From: Neoechinorhynchus agilis
Taxonomy: Eukaryota > Animalia > Acanthocephala
Direction: 5' to 3'
DNA length: 64,000 nucleotides
NCBI GenBank assembly: GCA_051530055.1
Contig: CM121341.1
Span: forward strand, 13,866,784 to 13,930,783
Shown here: one piece after another, positions 13,537 to 25,951 of the stretch
How the letters are laid out: each line of letters starts with the position of its first letter
Numbering within the stretch: position 1 is the first letter of the stretch
The notes under the pieces: generated by a model
What the model was told of the DNA's origin: nothing
The model's database searches: none
The model's input: only the letters and a program-made list of their open reading frames with translations
Translations under genes and position numbers: made by a program

Positions 13537-14301
13537 ATCTTTTTCCTCGAAGATAATAATCCAAGATTTTCGTGCCCGAAAGAGCCGATCTTAAGTAGCG
13601 ATTACATCAGATTTGCGAATGAGAGATTCCTTTTTTCCATTTCTTGGTGTTCATTTTTGTAACATCGAAATAATGATATTAAATTGACGTCCACCGATAT
13701 TCCTGCGAAATATTACTTGATTTTCCAGCCGCATTATTGAACAAATTTTTGCGAAAATTGACATTTTTGCCTTTGACTGTTGTAATGAGAGAAAGAAAAT
13801 CTTTATTTTTTAGCTTTCACGATCTTACACGGCTTAAGCTAAGGAATTTTTGTTCAAGCGCGAATAAAACACTTTAAAGATTTATGAGGAATTAAGACGA
13901 GACCAACGAAATATTGGGAATTAATAAATCAATATCTATTCTTTTTTATCACCAAAGAATACAGAGAAGCAGTTTTATATCTCCAACGAATATTATTTTG
14001 AGTTAAACCAAAGCGGAATCCATAGTCCAAAACTCCGATTCTGAATGCAAGGGGAACAACGTCATGATCATGTTTTGCAGTTCTTTCGTTCGATGTAAGG
14101 ACATGTCGCCGAGAGGACTGAAGAATTGATTGGCAGTTTTAACAATTCTTGTAGTCGCATTCGTTGTCGTAGTTTGTGATTTAGTTTTTTGATGATCGGT
14201 TGGTTCGCCAACGAAAAGTTTGTGTTTTTTAATGCTACTACTTTATGATTGATTTGATGTTGCTTTTGTACTCTCACCGCCCATTACGAATTTTTAGATA
14301 A

Positions 14302-17300
14302 ATGACGGCTACGCTTTCCATTGAGCTACTTCAAGAACTGCATAAATGTCTTAACTCAACGAAACGAAAGGTTCTTGAGGAATCCTACGAAGAAATCCGT
14401 CGAGCGGAAAAAGTGCGGGTGCTCGTGGACGTTTGTTGTGTACCCGATGGCACTGAAGAGCCTTCGTTGCAAATAAACTATCAATTACGAAGTTTCTGTG
14501 CTGTTTTGCTTCGTAAGGAATTGACCGATTTTCTAGTAGACGATCCGGAAAGCTATGTTAATCACCTGAGTCGCTTTTTTGCTTACTTTAGGACTCACTT
14601 AGACGAGATGAACGCTTACCGAGAATTCGGACGATCGATGAGTCAGGTTTTTGCGGCGACATTTCTGTTTAAGGATGATCACATTGACGATTTGCTTAAA
14701 TTGATGACCCAGTTTTTAATTGAGTGCCTTGAAGACATTAGAAATCCACAAATAGTTTTGATTGGTTTAGACATTTTTGAATGGAACAGTGGTGCTTTTG
14801 ATGAGTATTTGTCCGAACTGATTGAGCGCTTGGACGCAGCGCTGGCGAATATTCTGAAAAATCATGGAACTGAGCTGGGTGTTCATTGTGCTCGTGTGAT
14901 TGTTTCATTTGTAAAGTACTATGAAGGAAAAATGGAATATATTGGTCAAGTAACTCAGACAGCTATCCCTACCTATATTGAAAAAATCTCATTGAACATT
15001 ATGAACGAAGCGATGACGAGAACGCTTCTTGATCTTGTTGAAGATGAATTCGAGATTGTCAAAGGGTTCGTTGGTCAGATTGGAGAAATCGCGATTGTTG
15101 GAATTCAAAGTGGAAGTATAACAGACGAAGTGCATTGTATTTTGATTGAAGTTCTCGCTGATCTCGCAACAGGTTGGCCAAATGAATTCAATGAGAGTTT
15201 CTCCAGTTTTATTCCAACTATTCTGGCCGACTTACTGAATGTAATTACGCGATCGACATCACAATTCCAATTGGACGAATGGGAGGAGATTGATGATCCG
15301 AACGATGAAGTCGATCCAAATTCAATTTTTGTGACTGCCGAGACTGCTTTGGACCGAATATCTACTAGCATCGGTGGAGATATTATTTGGCCTGTGATCA
15401 ATAGACTTGTCTGGCCTGCGTTAACCGAAATTAATGGTAAAAGCGAACCATTAGACGATTGGACCAAAAAGTACGCGTCCTTATTGGCCATCGGCGTGGT
15501 TGGTGAAGGATGTCTTAATTTAATGGAAGGGAGTCTGAAGGAAATTCTTATTCACATTATCCGAAGTGCCGAATCTCACAGCGAACCGCGAGTTCGGTAC
15601 GCGTTGTGCAACACCGTTGGTCAAATGTGTGAGGACTTTTCTCCCGCTATTCAAATCGATTTTCACGACCTGATTTGTCCTCTCCTGATAAAGTACATTT
15701 GCGATCCTAGCAGTCTGAGGGTACGAACTCATGCCGTTTGTGCTCTTGGAAACTTCGTACAATCCTGCCCCAAGTATATTTTGGGATTATATATTCACGA
15801 GATGGCATCTACACTCTTAGCCGCTGTTCAATTAATGGATCTATCAGGCGCTTTTGGGGAGCAATGTTTTTATTCAGTATATTTGTTTACTCGTGAATAA
15901 CTGCAAACAAAGCATACCAAACCAACGAGCGTCTTTACTATTAATATGGGAATTAACTTTGAAATGTAAGACAAATGAATCGCTATCTGATTATCAGAAC
16001 TTATGAGAAAGTCCTTATCCATGCCATAGTTTTTAAAGCGTGCTTTTAGAAGATTGTACTATTTATACGTTATTGTTTCAGAGCATATTAAACCAAATGA
16101 ACTTTAGGTTTAATTCCGGATCCCTCAAGGCATTAAATAATGCGGGTTTCGTCTACTTCCCAGATAACTAAGAATTTTAAACGAAGTCTTTTCTCGTTTA
16201 TTCCCTGCCATTGGAATAACTCAAATGTAGCCACATTTTAATTGATTAATTTTCTCCTAACAATCAAAAGCACTGATCGATTCGATAGGTTTCGAGATGC
16301 TCAAAACAAGTGATCGGCGTTTACTTCTCGATAATTCCTTGAGCACAATGTCAAGATTAACCGAGCAGTCTAGCAATTTAATGGCTAGCTCCTACTCCGT
16401 CTTCATTCAGACGTTCCATCAGATTCTGAATGAAATAAACAGAGAATTGAATTCAGCCGTAGATTCGGACACTGATAGGATTGATGGCTTAAAGATGATT
16501 CGAGGTCGCGTTTTGGAGTGTATTACTCTTCTTGGTTTGGCTGTCGGTAAAGAGACGTTTATGCGAGACAACACCGAGGTAATCAATTTTCTTCTTAATG
16601 AGGAATCGAATGTGAAAGAAGATACTAGCAACGTTGAAGTTAATTTTCTGATCAATTGTTGGTCAAGATTATGCTCACTTCTAGGTTCTGATTTTTCTAA
16701 ATTTATACCTAAGCTATTGCCGATTGCTATTTCGATCGCGTCATTTAAAACCAAGGTAAATCTAATGGATGATCGTGAAGCTAAAGAATTTTTGGAAAAA
16801 GGCAATGATGTGACTTCAGGATGGTATTGTTTGTCTCTTGGTAAACAACAAAATCTTGCTCTCTCCACGGCTGGAATTGAGCTGAAACATCATGCGGTTA
16901 CTCTTATATGCACCTACTGTATGGAACTCGGATTCGAATTTGAACCATATGTTGAGCAAGTTAGAACGATCATGATTGATGCACTTAGGAAAGCGGACGT
17001 TACTGATCGGCTGTCAGTTCTAGACACCACTTAGGAAAAGGTGTTGCGATTCTTGGTACAAATCATAGCTAGAAAATCATCAGGAGTGATAAAATTTGAA
17101 TTGCGGTGATTATAATCCCCGGGTAAAAGACATTTCATATCAATAACATCACCACAATTCAAACTTGATGCATATGTTTAGAATTTCAAATCGCTAGTTG
17201 CAAGAGCAGTAGTACAAAAATGGACATTTCCTTAGGGTTAAAAAACACCCGAGTTTGGAATTCCGGTTTCGTGTAGATGTTTCTCATGAAATAATGCCAT

Positions 17301-18617
17301 AATCGGGGTTAGGTATCTTTTATTGAAAAATACGCGGTGCTCCTTTTTTGTAGAACACCGTTTTGTACACCTTTTGGCCACTCAATGAACTTTAGTTTCT
17401 CTTCACCCGACTAACTTACGTTCGCTTGCAGTAAAAAAACAGTATTCACCTCCATTAAAACGGCGGCAGCGGAATGTCTGCCTCATTTGCTTTCATGTGT
17501 TAGAAACCGTGAAAGTCTTTGCGAATTGACGAATGAATTCATCCAAGAACTGTGCCAAGCATGTTTTAACGAAAGTGAATACGACGTAAGGTCTGAACTT
17601 ATAGGTTCAATGAGTGAATGCACAGACAAATTTTTTTTCCGTGCCGAGAATGAATTCAACAATCTTAGAGAATGCGCTCTCAAATTGGAAGTTTATGACT
17701 TACTTTTGTCGACACTCGTTTCCAAACTTGACGGATACGTAAATTGTGGAGACAGAGGAGAACCGCGATCGGTTGAGCTTATTAAGATTTCAGATTGTGT
17801 TCATGTTCTGTTCAGATATCTTAAAAACGATTTTCTTGGCAGATTTAAACAAGACTTTTTACCCATTTACCTGAGTCTTCTTACATCAAATCAACCTTCA
17901 TATAACCGACAATGGTCATTGTGTTGTTATGGCGACGTCATATCTTATTGTGGACTTGGGGCTGCATTGGATATAGCTCCTAATATCGTACCGTACATCG
18001 CTCCGATGATTCAGGACGAACATCCGAACTCGAGACAAGCCTCATCGTATATCATTGGCCTTCTTGCACTTGACGTTGCTCCTCACAACGAAGAGATCAA
18101 GCGATTTGTTCAGTCATGTATCCCAGCTCTCCAGTCCGCTGCGACTGGACCTCAACGGCACTCAGCAATGAACCTAATGGCTACCGAAAACGCTGTGAGC
18201 GCGATTGGCAAAATCTTACTCGCTGATTTGGCTCCTAATAGAAGCTCACTGCTATCAGAATGGATACAATATCTACCAATTTGGGCTGATAGTGAGGAAT
18301 GTGAACATGTCTACTCGTTTTTATGCGAACTTATCGACCGGAGAGACCCGGTTGCTATGGGTGGACAAGATGAACCCAATCTACCGTATTTAATCCGTCT
18401 TATAGCCGAATGTCTTCTTCGTGAAGGTATTGACAGAAAAGAGAATACCATTAAGAAGGTAGCCCGTCTATTCGAAAAACTTTCTAGGGGAGAACAAGCT
18501 CAATGGAATTCTTGTCTTGCTGTGTTGAACGACCGTCATAAAACAGCTATAGACCAAGCCGTCGTTGATGCATCGCTGGTGGCCAACAAAGATCAATGGG
18601 AACATCAGAGAAAATAA
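14302..18617 (+). CDS. IPO5: Importin-5 / karyopherin beta-3 (HEAT repeats), interrupted by two TIR-bounded inserts
   Basis: AETALDRI, EPRVRYALCNTVGQMCEDF, RVRTHAVCALGNF, RGRVLECITLLGLAVGKETF, TAAAECLP, RQASSYIIG, ATENAVSAIGKI, LPIWADSEE motifs across three ORF blocks. Confidence 0.93.
15833..16287. other. TA-flanked, inverted-repeat-bounded insert 1 in the IPO5 coding sequence (453 nt removed)
   Basis: Left TAATGGATCTATCAGGCGCTTTTG vs reverse complement of right TATCGAATCGATCAGTGCTTTTG (18/24 by hand); excision leaving one TA gives CAA TTA GGT TTC GAG ATG in frame. Confidence 0.8.
16986..17433. other. TA-flanked, inverted-repeat-bounded insert 2 in the IPO5 coding sequence (446 nt removed)
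   Basis: Left TAGGAAAGCGGACGTTACTGATCGGCTG vs reverse complement of right TACTGCAAGCGAACGTAAGTTAGTCGGGTG (21/30 by hand); excision gives CTT AAA AAA ACA GTA TTC and corrects the frameshift. Confidence 0.82.
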
Positions 18618-18819
18618 ATGGCTGCTTCAAACCGTCATCAAAAGTATGAATATTTTTGAGAAATGCATTCAGATTCTTACACTCGAATGGCTATTTTAAT
18701 CGTAATCAATAGCGATTACGCTACGGTGCGTCGTACCCTTGTTTTATTTCATCTTCTTTTCGATAAGGGCGAAAGGAACCAATCATCAACTTGTATTCTT
18801 AAATAATTAATCTGAAAAA

Positions 18820-19460
18820 CTAACCTTTTTACCCGGCATTGTCCGGAGGTTACTTATGGAATTTTTTACACATTTAGGAGCATTGTTCGTGTGCAGAGAA
18901 AAAAGAAGTGAATAGTTTTAAAACTATATGTCATGTATTTCATTTTAAAACTTGAGCAAGGATTGTTCTATCACACAACCAGTTGTGATCAGTATAAGGG
19001 AAAGCGACGGCATTGCAAAAAATGTGAGGAGAGGAAATTTTTCCTGTTTAGGCATGAACAGAGAAAGCACTTTTTGCGTGAACGCTTTAGCATTTGTGTT
19101 TTCCACAAGTTGCACTCTCATATTTGTGCGTAACGTAAGTGTTTTGAACATGTCTTTAAAGCGGTGAAGCGTTCAGTCAAGCATTGATTTCGTGAGCCAT
19201 TGTTAGCTTAAGTATGAATAGAAGCGTTTCCCTGAAGTCACCAGCAAAGAGCACCGTAGATCCTCCCAACAGTTTATAATTGTTCCGCAGGTCTTTCAAC
19301 GTCGTATTAAGCGCCTGAAGAGATTTATCATGTTCCATTGTGCACTCAATCCGTACTTGGTTATATTGCACAAGGGATTGTGTGCTATGTTTATAGGTAA
19401 CTTCAGTGCTGAATGTTAATCCCTGATTAAGCAACGACAAGCTCGATTTCCCCACCTTGT
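18820..19460 (-). mobile_element. Helitron remnant (PIF1-type helicase fragment plus 3' hairpin)
   Basis: ECTMEHDKSLQALNTTLKDLRNN..LGGSTVLFAGDFRETL and LTLRTNMRVQL; terminal ctccggacaatgccggg hairpin followed by TTAG|T at about 18820-18848 on the minus strand. Confidence 0.85.
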
Positions 19461-20615
19461 TCCCACGATACGCTATTCCTTGATCGTTTTTGAGAAGAGG
19501 TTGCGTGTCGATAAAATACGGTCGTGGTTCCTTTACATTATAGTTCTTTTCTCAGAGAATCTTACTTTTGAGGGATTGTGAAAACCCAGTTGTGACAGGT
19601 TTCGTTGTTGAAAATACGGGAAGCAAACGTGATGTTCATACTTGGGTTGTCTCGGAGGGCTCATGCTTTTGCAATATTTGCCTCAGAACGTTGAAGGATT
19701 AGAAGGATTCCATTTTCTCTCTTCGCCGTGGTCACGTGCTATCCTATATTTAAAGTGAGCATGCTTTATATATCAGATTAAAAAAATATTTTCGTCATAA
19801 ATCTACAATATAAATCGACGCTAACTTCTGATTGATATTGCTTATTAGTATGCTGTAGTTTGCCAATATGTCTTTATCTTTTTTACACAGGGACATCTTC
19901 GCCTTATCCAATAAATCAAGTTAAATTCCTAATCGCCACTATTTATATAAACACGTTTTATTTGTGTAAAAAATGCTAGATCCACACACTTGTCAGCATC
20001 TATCTTTGCTAAACGGTGCCTGGATGACGAATGTTGAAGGCAAGGGAGGTGGGACTTGTTTTTGAAGGGGTGTTAATGTTGGATCGGAGGCTTTGTAAAG
20101 AAGATGACAGATTAGGAGTCTTTCTTTGTTCTCAGGTTATTAAGGAAAGATTGAGCTTGGGGGAAGAATTGGGCTTTTGCACAAACCGTCCTATAGAACA
20201 ACTTCCAATAAACGTTTTTTTCTGATCTGCTGTTCCTTTGGTCTATTGTTTTGAGAACAGTTGCTAAAAAATTAGGTACATGTTAGAGTGTTGCAAAATA
20301 TCCCATAAAAATAGTACGCACACCTCTATCGAGAGCGATTTTTCGTGAGTGCTTTTAGATTCTAGCCTTCATCCTATCACGGAACAAAATAAATCAAATG
20401 TATCCGATCATAACCGTCATTGGTTTTCAAAGGCACAGAACGTATTTAAATTTCTGATAAATAACTTCGAAAACAAAAGGGTGAATGGAAATACGTGGAA
20501 TGTATCCAGGTTTTCAACTTTGTATCTTTTCTGCTTCAATAATTTGAATAATGGTCATCGATGATCGGAAATATGGTGAATGCTTCGTAAATCAAACACA
20601 ATACTTCATTGTATT

Positions 20616-22596
20616 TTACAGAATGGGATTTAGTTTTCGAAGAATAACTGGCTTTATCCTCTGGGAAATATCGAATTTGTCCTCGGATAAAATCGGAGCA
20701 TAGTGTAAATCAAGTCCGTTAAAATCGTTACGAACACTGTCTGATATTTGCCTGAACACAGTTCGACAATATACTGGAACTAGGTCATGATCTTCATAAG
20801 GCTAAATCGTTACACGCGAATATTTTAAAGCAAAATCACTTTAAAAATGAAAACGTAATACCATAGGTTTCCAATTGCATCCCATGCTAAATGCAAAAAG
20901 CTTGTATTCCTCGATCATTCCTGCTCAATTTCGATTCTTATTCAATTGAAGAAGCATTTGTGACTTACCAAAGACTGATGCATGCAGGACTTTGGAGAAG
21001 TTAATGGTCGGATGGTGCACATTTTTCCCCAAATCAAACAAAATAAACTCGTAGTCCTTTTGAGAATCCTGCAAAATTCAAAGAGTATTTAAAAAGGCTT
21101 TTGTATCGACGTTAAAACGGGATCAAGATGTAAAGTGAAATTTGTTAAGTTCAGGCTACTAAGTGCCGAATGCGGGTTTTAAATGTAGATTATTTGCAGA
21201 AGTGGAAAATTGGATGTATAACGGAAAATTTTACGAGTTGACTTCGGCCTTTTTTGTTGTCAAAATTGAGAATTTGGCTTACCAAATTGATGACAAAATA
21301 TATATCGTTCAACAATCGAACAGCCAGTTGCATTGCTTTGTGAACGGCAACGTAATCACCAATAAAGTCATTACTTCCCGTTTGATGCCAGTATCTACTT
21401 ATAGCTTCCAGCACTTCGGCAGGCACAGACGCGGGTCGCTTCGATAGACTCACATGTAAGTGAGTGTGTATTTGACTTGCACCGGATTTCGGCATGATAT
21501 CCCATACAACAGATGGGTACAGCGATTCCTTCGATCTTCGCGATCGTTTCTCTGTCCATCTGACACTTAGTAAAAGTAAATCGATAAACTCATTGACGTT
21601 GAGATCGAACGGGTTGTGTCTTCGAGCTACAATGAGATCGTGGTGTTTTTCATATTTAAAGGCGTTTGCAGCGGTGTACGAGTAGGCCGTTTCGATTCGA
21701 TCAAAGTCACGATCGATTGCCGTAAAGTTCCCGTATCGTCCAGAACAAAAGTCGCACTTAAGCACGCTATTTTTCAGTGTTGCGAGCATACTTTAAGGTA
21801 AACTGTTTTGTTTTATGAAGAACCTCAGATACATACAAACTGTGTTCAGTCTCAGCCCCGAAAATGTTCGGCACAGGTCTTTTGCTTCGAAGAGGACAAT
21901 ATACGCTCTCTTTTTTCGTAAATTTGTTCTTTATTTTTATGATTACCTAAAATCAACATTAAGGATACAGGATGAAATTACAATGTAAACAGATTTAAAC
22001 TGAGCTTATATTACTCGAGATAAGCTTTGTAGACTATTATTGCTGAATTGTGTACTTTTAAAACATGAAGGTTAACGTTGATCGCCATCAAGCGTAAACA
22101 TAGCCTTTTCCGATGTCGTCAAAAGGGTAGATAACATTAATAACTACTTTAAGATTAGAACACTGTCGATTTTTATCATTATCCGAGTAAGATTGTATGA
22201 AAACTTCAAGTCATCGAGTTAATTTACCTGATCATTTTCGATCGCACTTAAGAGTCGGTCATTGTTTATCGAAGCCCCTTAAGTCGGGTTTAAAAAATAT
22301 TTATGATGATTGACATACTAACTCATGCCGTTTGGGATATTCAAATGGATATCATCGACGACCTCTACGTTGAATATCTTAGAGAAGTAAAGCAGTGCAC
22401 GGCATTTATGATACTGCATCCTAACGAATTTGACTGATTCGATGCTAAGATATCCAACTGAACAGTCGTCTAACAATGGACGGTGAATTCTGCCTTTTGA
22501 ATTAGATATCCACACAATAAGTAAAATCATGCTAGTCATTATAAATGCACATGGAATCAGCAGCAGTCGCCTTCTCGAGGTGTATCTAATGGGCAT
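20616..22596 (-). CDS. Type II membrane-anchored GalT/HIT-superfamily protein (about 7 exons)
   Basis: N-terminal hydrophobic segment (LLLIPCAFIMTSMILLIVWI), CDFC, TAANAFKY, WDIMPKSGASQIHTHLH; exons can be joined by canonical GT-AG introns to a stop at 20616. Confidence 0.8.
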
Positions 22597-22666
22597 CGAT
22601 CTAGAATGGTCGTCATGGCAACATGATTGACTGCGGTGAGTCTTTTAACAATGTTTCGTGAGGCAA

Positions 22667-23077
22667 ATGGTAAGAAGAAGACGAAGATCGATACCGTTTC
22701 TCTTTTGCCTGGGGCGTTCGAGACGACCTACAAATATAAGAGTGAGCAAGTTGGCACAAAGCGAAACTGCTGAGTTGGTGCATGAACTAGAGCGAATGGG
22801 TTACGAATGGTCAAGTGAAGGAACAGATAGTTACGTCCCTCGGAAGCGGTATGTTGATAAGCAGTGGGTAAAGGATGCGATCTGTGCGTTCAAATATGAA
22901 ATGCCTTACGATAATACGGTTGCACAAAGGTTCACATTTCTACGTACGATGAACGCTCAATTGGAAACATTGAAACCACAGAAGATATCTGCGAATATGG
23001 AAAGGAGGATGCTTCGAAAAGCGAGAGGAGAAGAAAGTTCACCGGATACCAATGAAGATTTCGAGGACGCGCAGTGA
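22667..23077 (+). CDS. Small uncharacterised protein, head-to-head with the GalT/HIT-like gene
   Basis: Open frame of about 136 codons with basic N-terminus and acidic C-terminus; no recognised family. Confidence 0.55.
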   Translation: MVRRRRRSIPFLFCLGRSRRPTNIRVSKLAQSETAELVHELERMGYEWSSEGTDSYVPRKRYVDKQWVKDAICAFKYEMPYDNTVAQRFTFLRTMNAQLETLKPQKISANMERRMLRKARGEESSPDTNEDFEDAQ

Positions 23078-23559
23078 AAAGGACGTTTGTGCGAACCACT
23101 TTATTCTCCATTGAACTTTTTAAATACATTATCTTTCTACGTGTAATCGAAACTAAACGCAAGTTAACCCTGGTTCTTAGATCCTTTTGAATGTAAATAT
23201 TGGCTTGAAAGTGATGACAATAATGCTCAAAGTCCCCATAACCTCTTAACGCTTGAGCAAGTTTGGAATATTATAAGCGCAAGCAGATTAATTAGATTGG
23301 TCAAAATCGATACCAAAACACTGCTCTGCCTCTACGTTTGTCCTTTCTGATTGATGCCCGTTGGTTTAAATGTGTACGGATATACAAATCGGGGGTTAGC
23401 TCAACTTGCAAAGGATTCGCGTCAACCACTTCAAATATCTGCGATCAGTACTTCCCGTCGACGGCGATTTAAGATGGGAAATCACAAATCGAATCGACGA
23501 AATGGCGTTCTATGTGACCGGAGTATGAAGGATCACTTTGAGTCGATGATGCACCGATC

Positions 23560-23880
23560 AGTAGCCCGAATCGTGGCTCTTTATGGAACCGAATGCTGTC
23601 CTCCCTATACCTCGCATCTCCCTCTAACTCCACTCCTTTTTCCATGCTGCTCAATCTTCTCGGATATCATAACCTGAAATGAACCTAAGGAAAGACCCAA
23701 CTTCACAAACTCTCCTGCAAACAATAACCACAAATTCCCGCAAGAACGGACACCTACAGACCGGACATTTTCACTCGAACGAACATACCAAAAAATCAGA
23801 ATATCTGTGTGTTTATGAGAACCCAAAGGTACATGGGTCTAATTTCTTAAACACGAAAATCAATAAAACATGTTATTATT
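23560..23880 (+). mobile_element. 3' fragment of the CR1/L2-like LINE family
   Basis: Shares cacaaact..tgcaaac..taaccac, cactcgaacg and gtttatgag.acccaaaggtacatgggtc with 10850-11060. Confidence 0.7.
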
Positions 23881-23904
23881 ATAATCTCAAAGCGTGAAAA
23901 ACAA

Positions 23905-24200
23905 CGTTTCGCCGCCATGGAGACGAAAATGTGAGAAGGATAAGTAGAATCACCTTGTTCGACTGCATAAGGAGCGACGATATACGGAACAGATATGGTG
24001 TAGCCTTGATCAGGGACAAAATTCGCGAGACGCACTTAAGGTGGCATTTCTACGCCTTACGAGCGAGCTGTCCTTGATGAAGAAAGGTCGAGGGAGCGAA
24101 ACATGCAGACCTTCGGGTCTCGAGGTTGCGCTCAGACCTCGACCACGAAGCGTTGAGGAAGAGATAAGCAAAAGCTAACCTCCGCCTCTATATGCGATAA
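23905..24200 (+). mobile_element. RTE-clade LINE C-terminal fragment
   Basis: METKM..RISRITLFDCIRSDDIRNRYGVALIRDKIRETHLRW matches the RTE tail pattern EM+MLR..RIRNE.IR...GV..I.DK+RE.RLRW. Confidence 0.8.
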
Positions 24201-24361
24201 AGATTGAAGAAAATTTGAGAACACTTAAGAGGTGATGATATAGAGGGATTATTCAACAAAGTGGTTCATATCGAAAGATGAGTTGCGAATATCACAGCAA
24301 AAACAATTGAGTTGATAACATAGCTTATTCAATCAATCAAAATATACATTCGTCAACTTTA

Positions 24362-24682
24362 ATGATCTCTCTCGGCTATCTAACCACCCGAATGCAACCC
24401 TCAATAAAAAAGGATGAATGGCGAGAATTAAGGGGTTATAATATTGATATTGTTGGTCATCCTCATTCAGCTCAAAAGAGCGATTGGGTACGTTTTATTA
24501 GTATTCAACGGAAAAAGGTAGTAATGGCTCGGTTCCACATGGCACCAATCCTGAAATCACACAGAAATGACTTACTTCTTATAGATGACTCAGAAGATAT
24601 TTTACTAAGTGTCAATGAGTTCGTTAATCTCATTGAAAATAATTATTTTTCGGTAGGATATCATCCATGGGAACTGCAATGA
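24362..24682 (+). CDS. Possible small orphan protein
   Basis: 106-codon ATG-initiated ORF; no recognised motif. Confidence 0.35.
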   Translation: MISLGYLTTRMQPSIKKDEWRELRGYNIDIVGHPHSAQKSDWVRFISIQRKKVVMARFHMAPILKSHRNDLLLIDDSEDILLSVNEFVNLIENNYFSVGYHPWELQ

Positions 24683-25078
24683 GCGTAATACACGAACGGG
24701 GAACGTTTTAGTTATTGTGATCTTATGATTCATAAATCGAACAACGCCGATACCTTGCCGCATTTCTTTCCGCTCATCCAAGGGATCTCCAAAGCGAACT
24801 CAAAATTATTCAAAAACGTTTGTTCGATTCAGGGGCAGTCTCAGTTTGGGTAAAAAAATCTTTCGGTAATTGGGAGGATTGCACTTTACGAGATTGACCT
24901 CCTTCTTTCAGGGAAATCAGGTTGATTCCCGGCTGACGGAATTCTAACCCCTTCTCGTCTTTCAATAATCTAACTCGATAACCAAGACAAACACTAAAAT
25001 TGATCGTGTTTCTCACTGAAGCAATTCGACGTCTCTTCAATATACACTTGGAAGTACGACGAAATCTCAAACCGCGCA

Positions 25079-25492
25079 TCAGGCTTCACTTTCGATAACG
25101 GGTGGTTCTTTTAGCATTCCTCTGGAATATTTGATATCTTCATCCACTTTATCTTCATCAAGGCTGGTTGAAGTGTCGAGCTTTGGGCTTAAAAGAGACG
25201 GTCTACCTCTTATTTCTTCATCGTATATCTCCTTTACTTTCTTGGTGAACAGCTCGAATGGGATAAAATCGGGATCGACCGATTTAAATGGATCATCATC
25301 CAAATTGCGCCTCTCCCAGTTCCTGCCTTTATTTTCACTCGTTATTCTCATGAAAGCGATTGTTGCGAGACTTGTCATTACTGCTAAACATACGAGTACC
25401 GTCGATCCAATAGCCAATGTAACGATCAGCTGAGAAAGGGCATAGTCGTCACTTTCTGCAAAAAGCAACGGATCATCGAGAGTATTTGACAT
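25079..25492 (-). CDS. Single-pass membrane protein (short N-terminus, charged cytoplasmic tail)
   Basis: 137-aa ORF with one hydrophobic helix, LIVTLAIGSTVLVCLAVMTSLATIAFM. Confidence 0.65.
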   Translation of the reverse strand: MSNTLDDPLLFAESDDYALSQLIVTLAIGSTVLVCLAVMTSLATIAFMRITSENKGRNWERRNLDDDPFKSVDPDFIPFELFTKKVKEIYDEEIRGRPSLLSPKLDTSTSLDEDKVDEDIKYSRGMLKEPPVIESEA

Positions 25493-25951
25493 TCACGCAT
25501 TAATGGATCCTAATACGGGGTTTAGGTTTTCAACGTGTCACCATGGAAACGAATAACCGAGAAATGAGTCATTTCTTATGGTATTGTCTGAAAACTAACG
25601 CATCTTTCGCACATAAGTGTTTCCGATAATGAACACACACAACAGTCACTTTTACGTTTTGTGCTATAGAAAGCTCAAAATTACAAATGATTACTTCCCT
25701 TTAGGTCGAGAAACTAAACATTCGCTCCAACAATTCTCGTACATCCAACGCCAATGAAAAAATAACCAATTTAATGACTAATCACGAACGATTACATTTA
25801 TCATCGAATGTACTAAAAGGTTGAATTTTGTTGAATCTTTGTGGACTCATCGTTTCCTGGTAATTTTCGATATATTCGAAACAGATTGGTGTTTGTTTTA
25901 CTCTATACAAAATGAAGGCTTTTAGACGTTCATTTTGCGCAAAAAATCTTC

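Noticed and set aside
15105-16868. Long antisense ORFs over IPO5 and other genes
   Set aside because: Shadows of real coding sequence with no independent motifs.
20375-20755. Plus-strand frame with many TAA but no TAG/TGA, suggesting TAA reassignment
   Set aside because: Part of it is antisense to the last exon of the GalT/HIT-like gene, the translation resembles nothing, and conserved genes here (SNRPD2, PSMC1, MTIF2, IPO5) end normally in TAA.
24810-25081. TGATG stop-start overlap between two minus-strand ORFs (coupled reinitiation)
   Set aside because: The downstream 89-aa ORF has no recognisable features, and such overlaps arise easily by chance.
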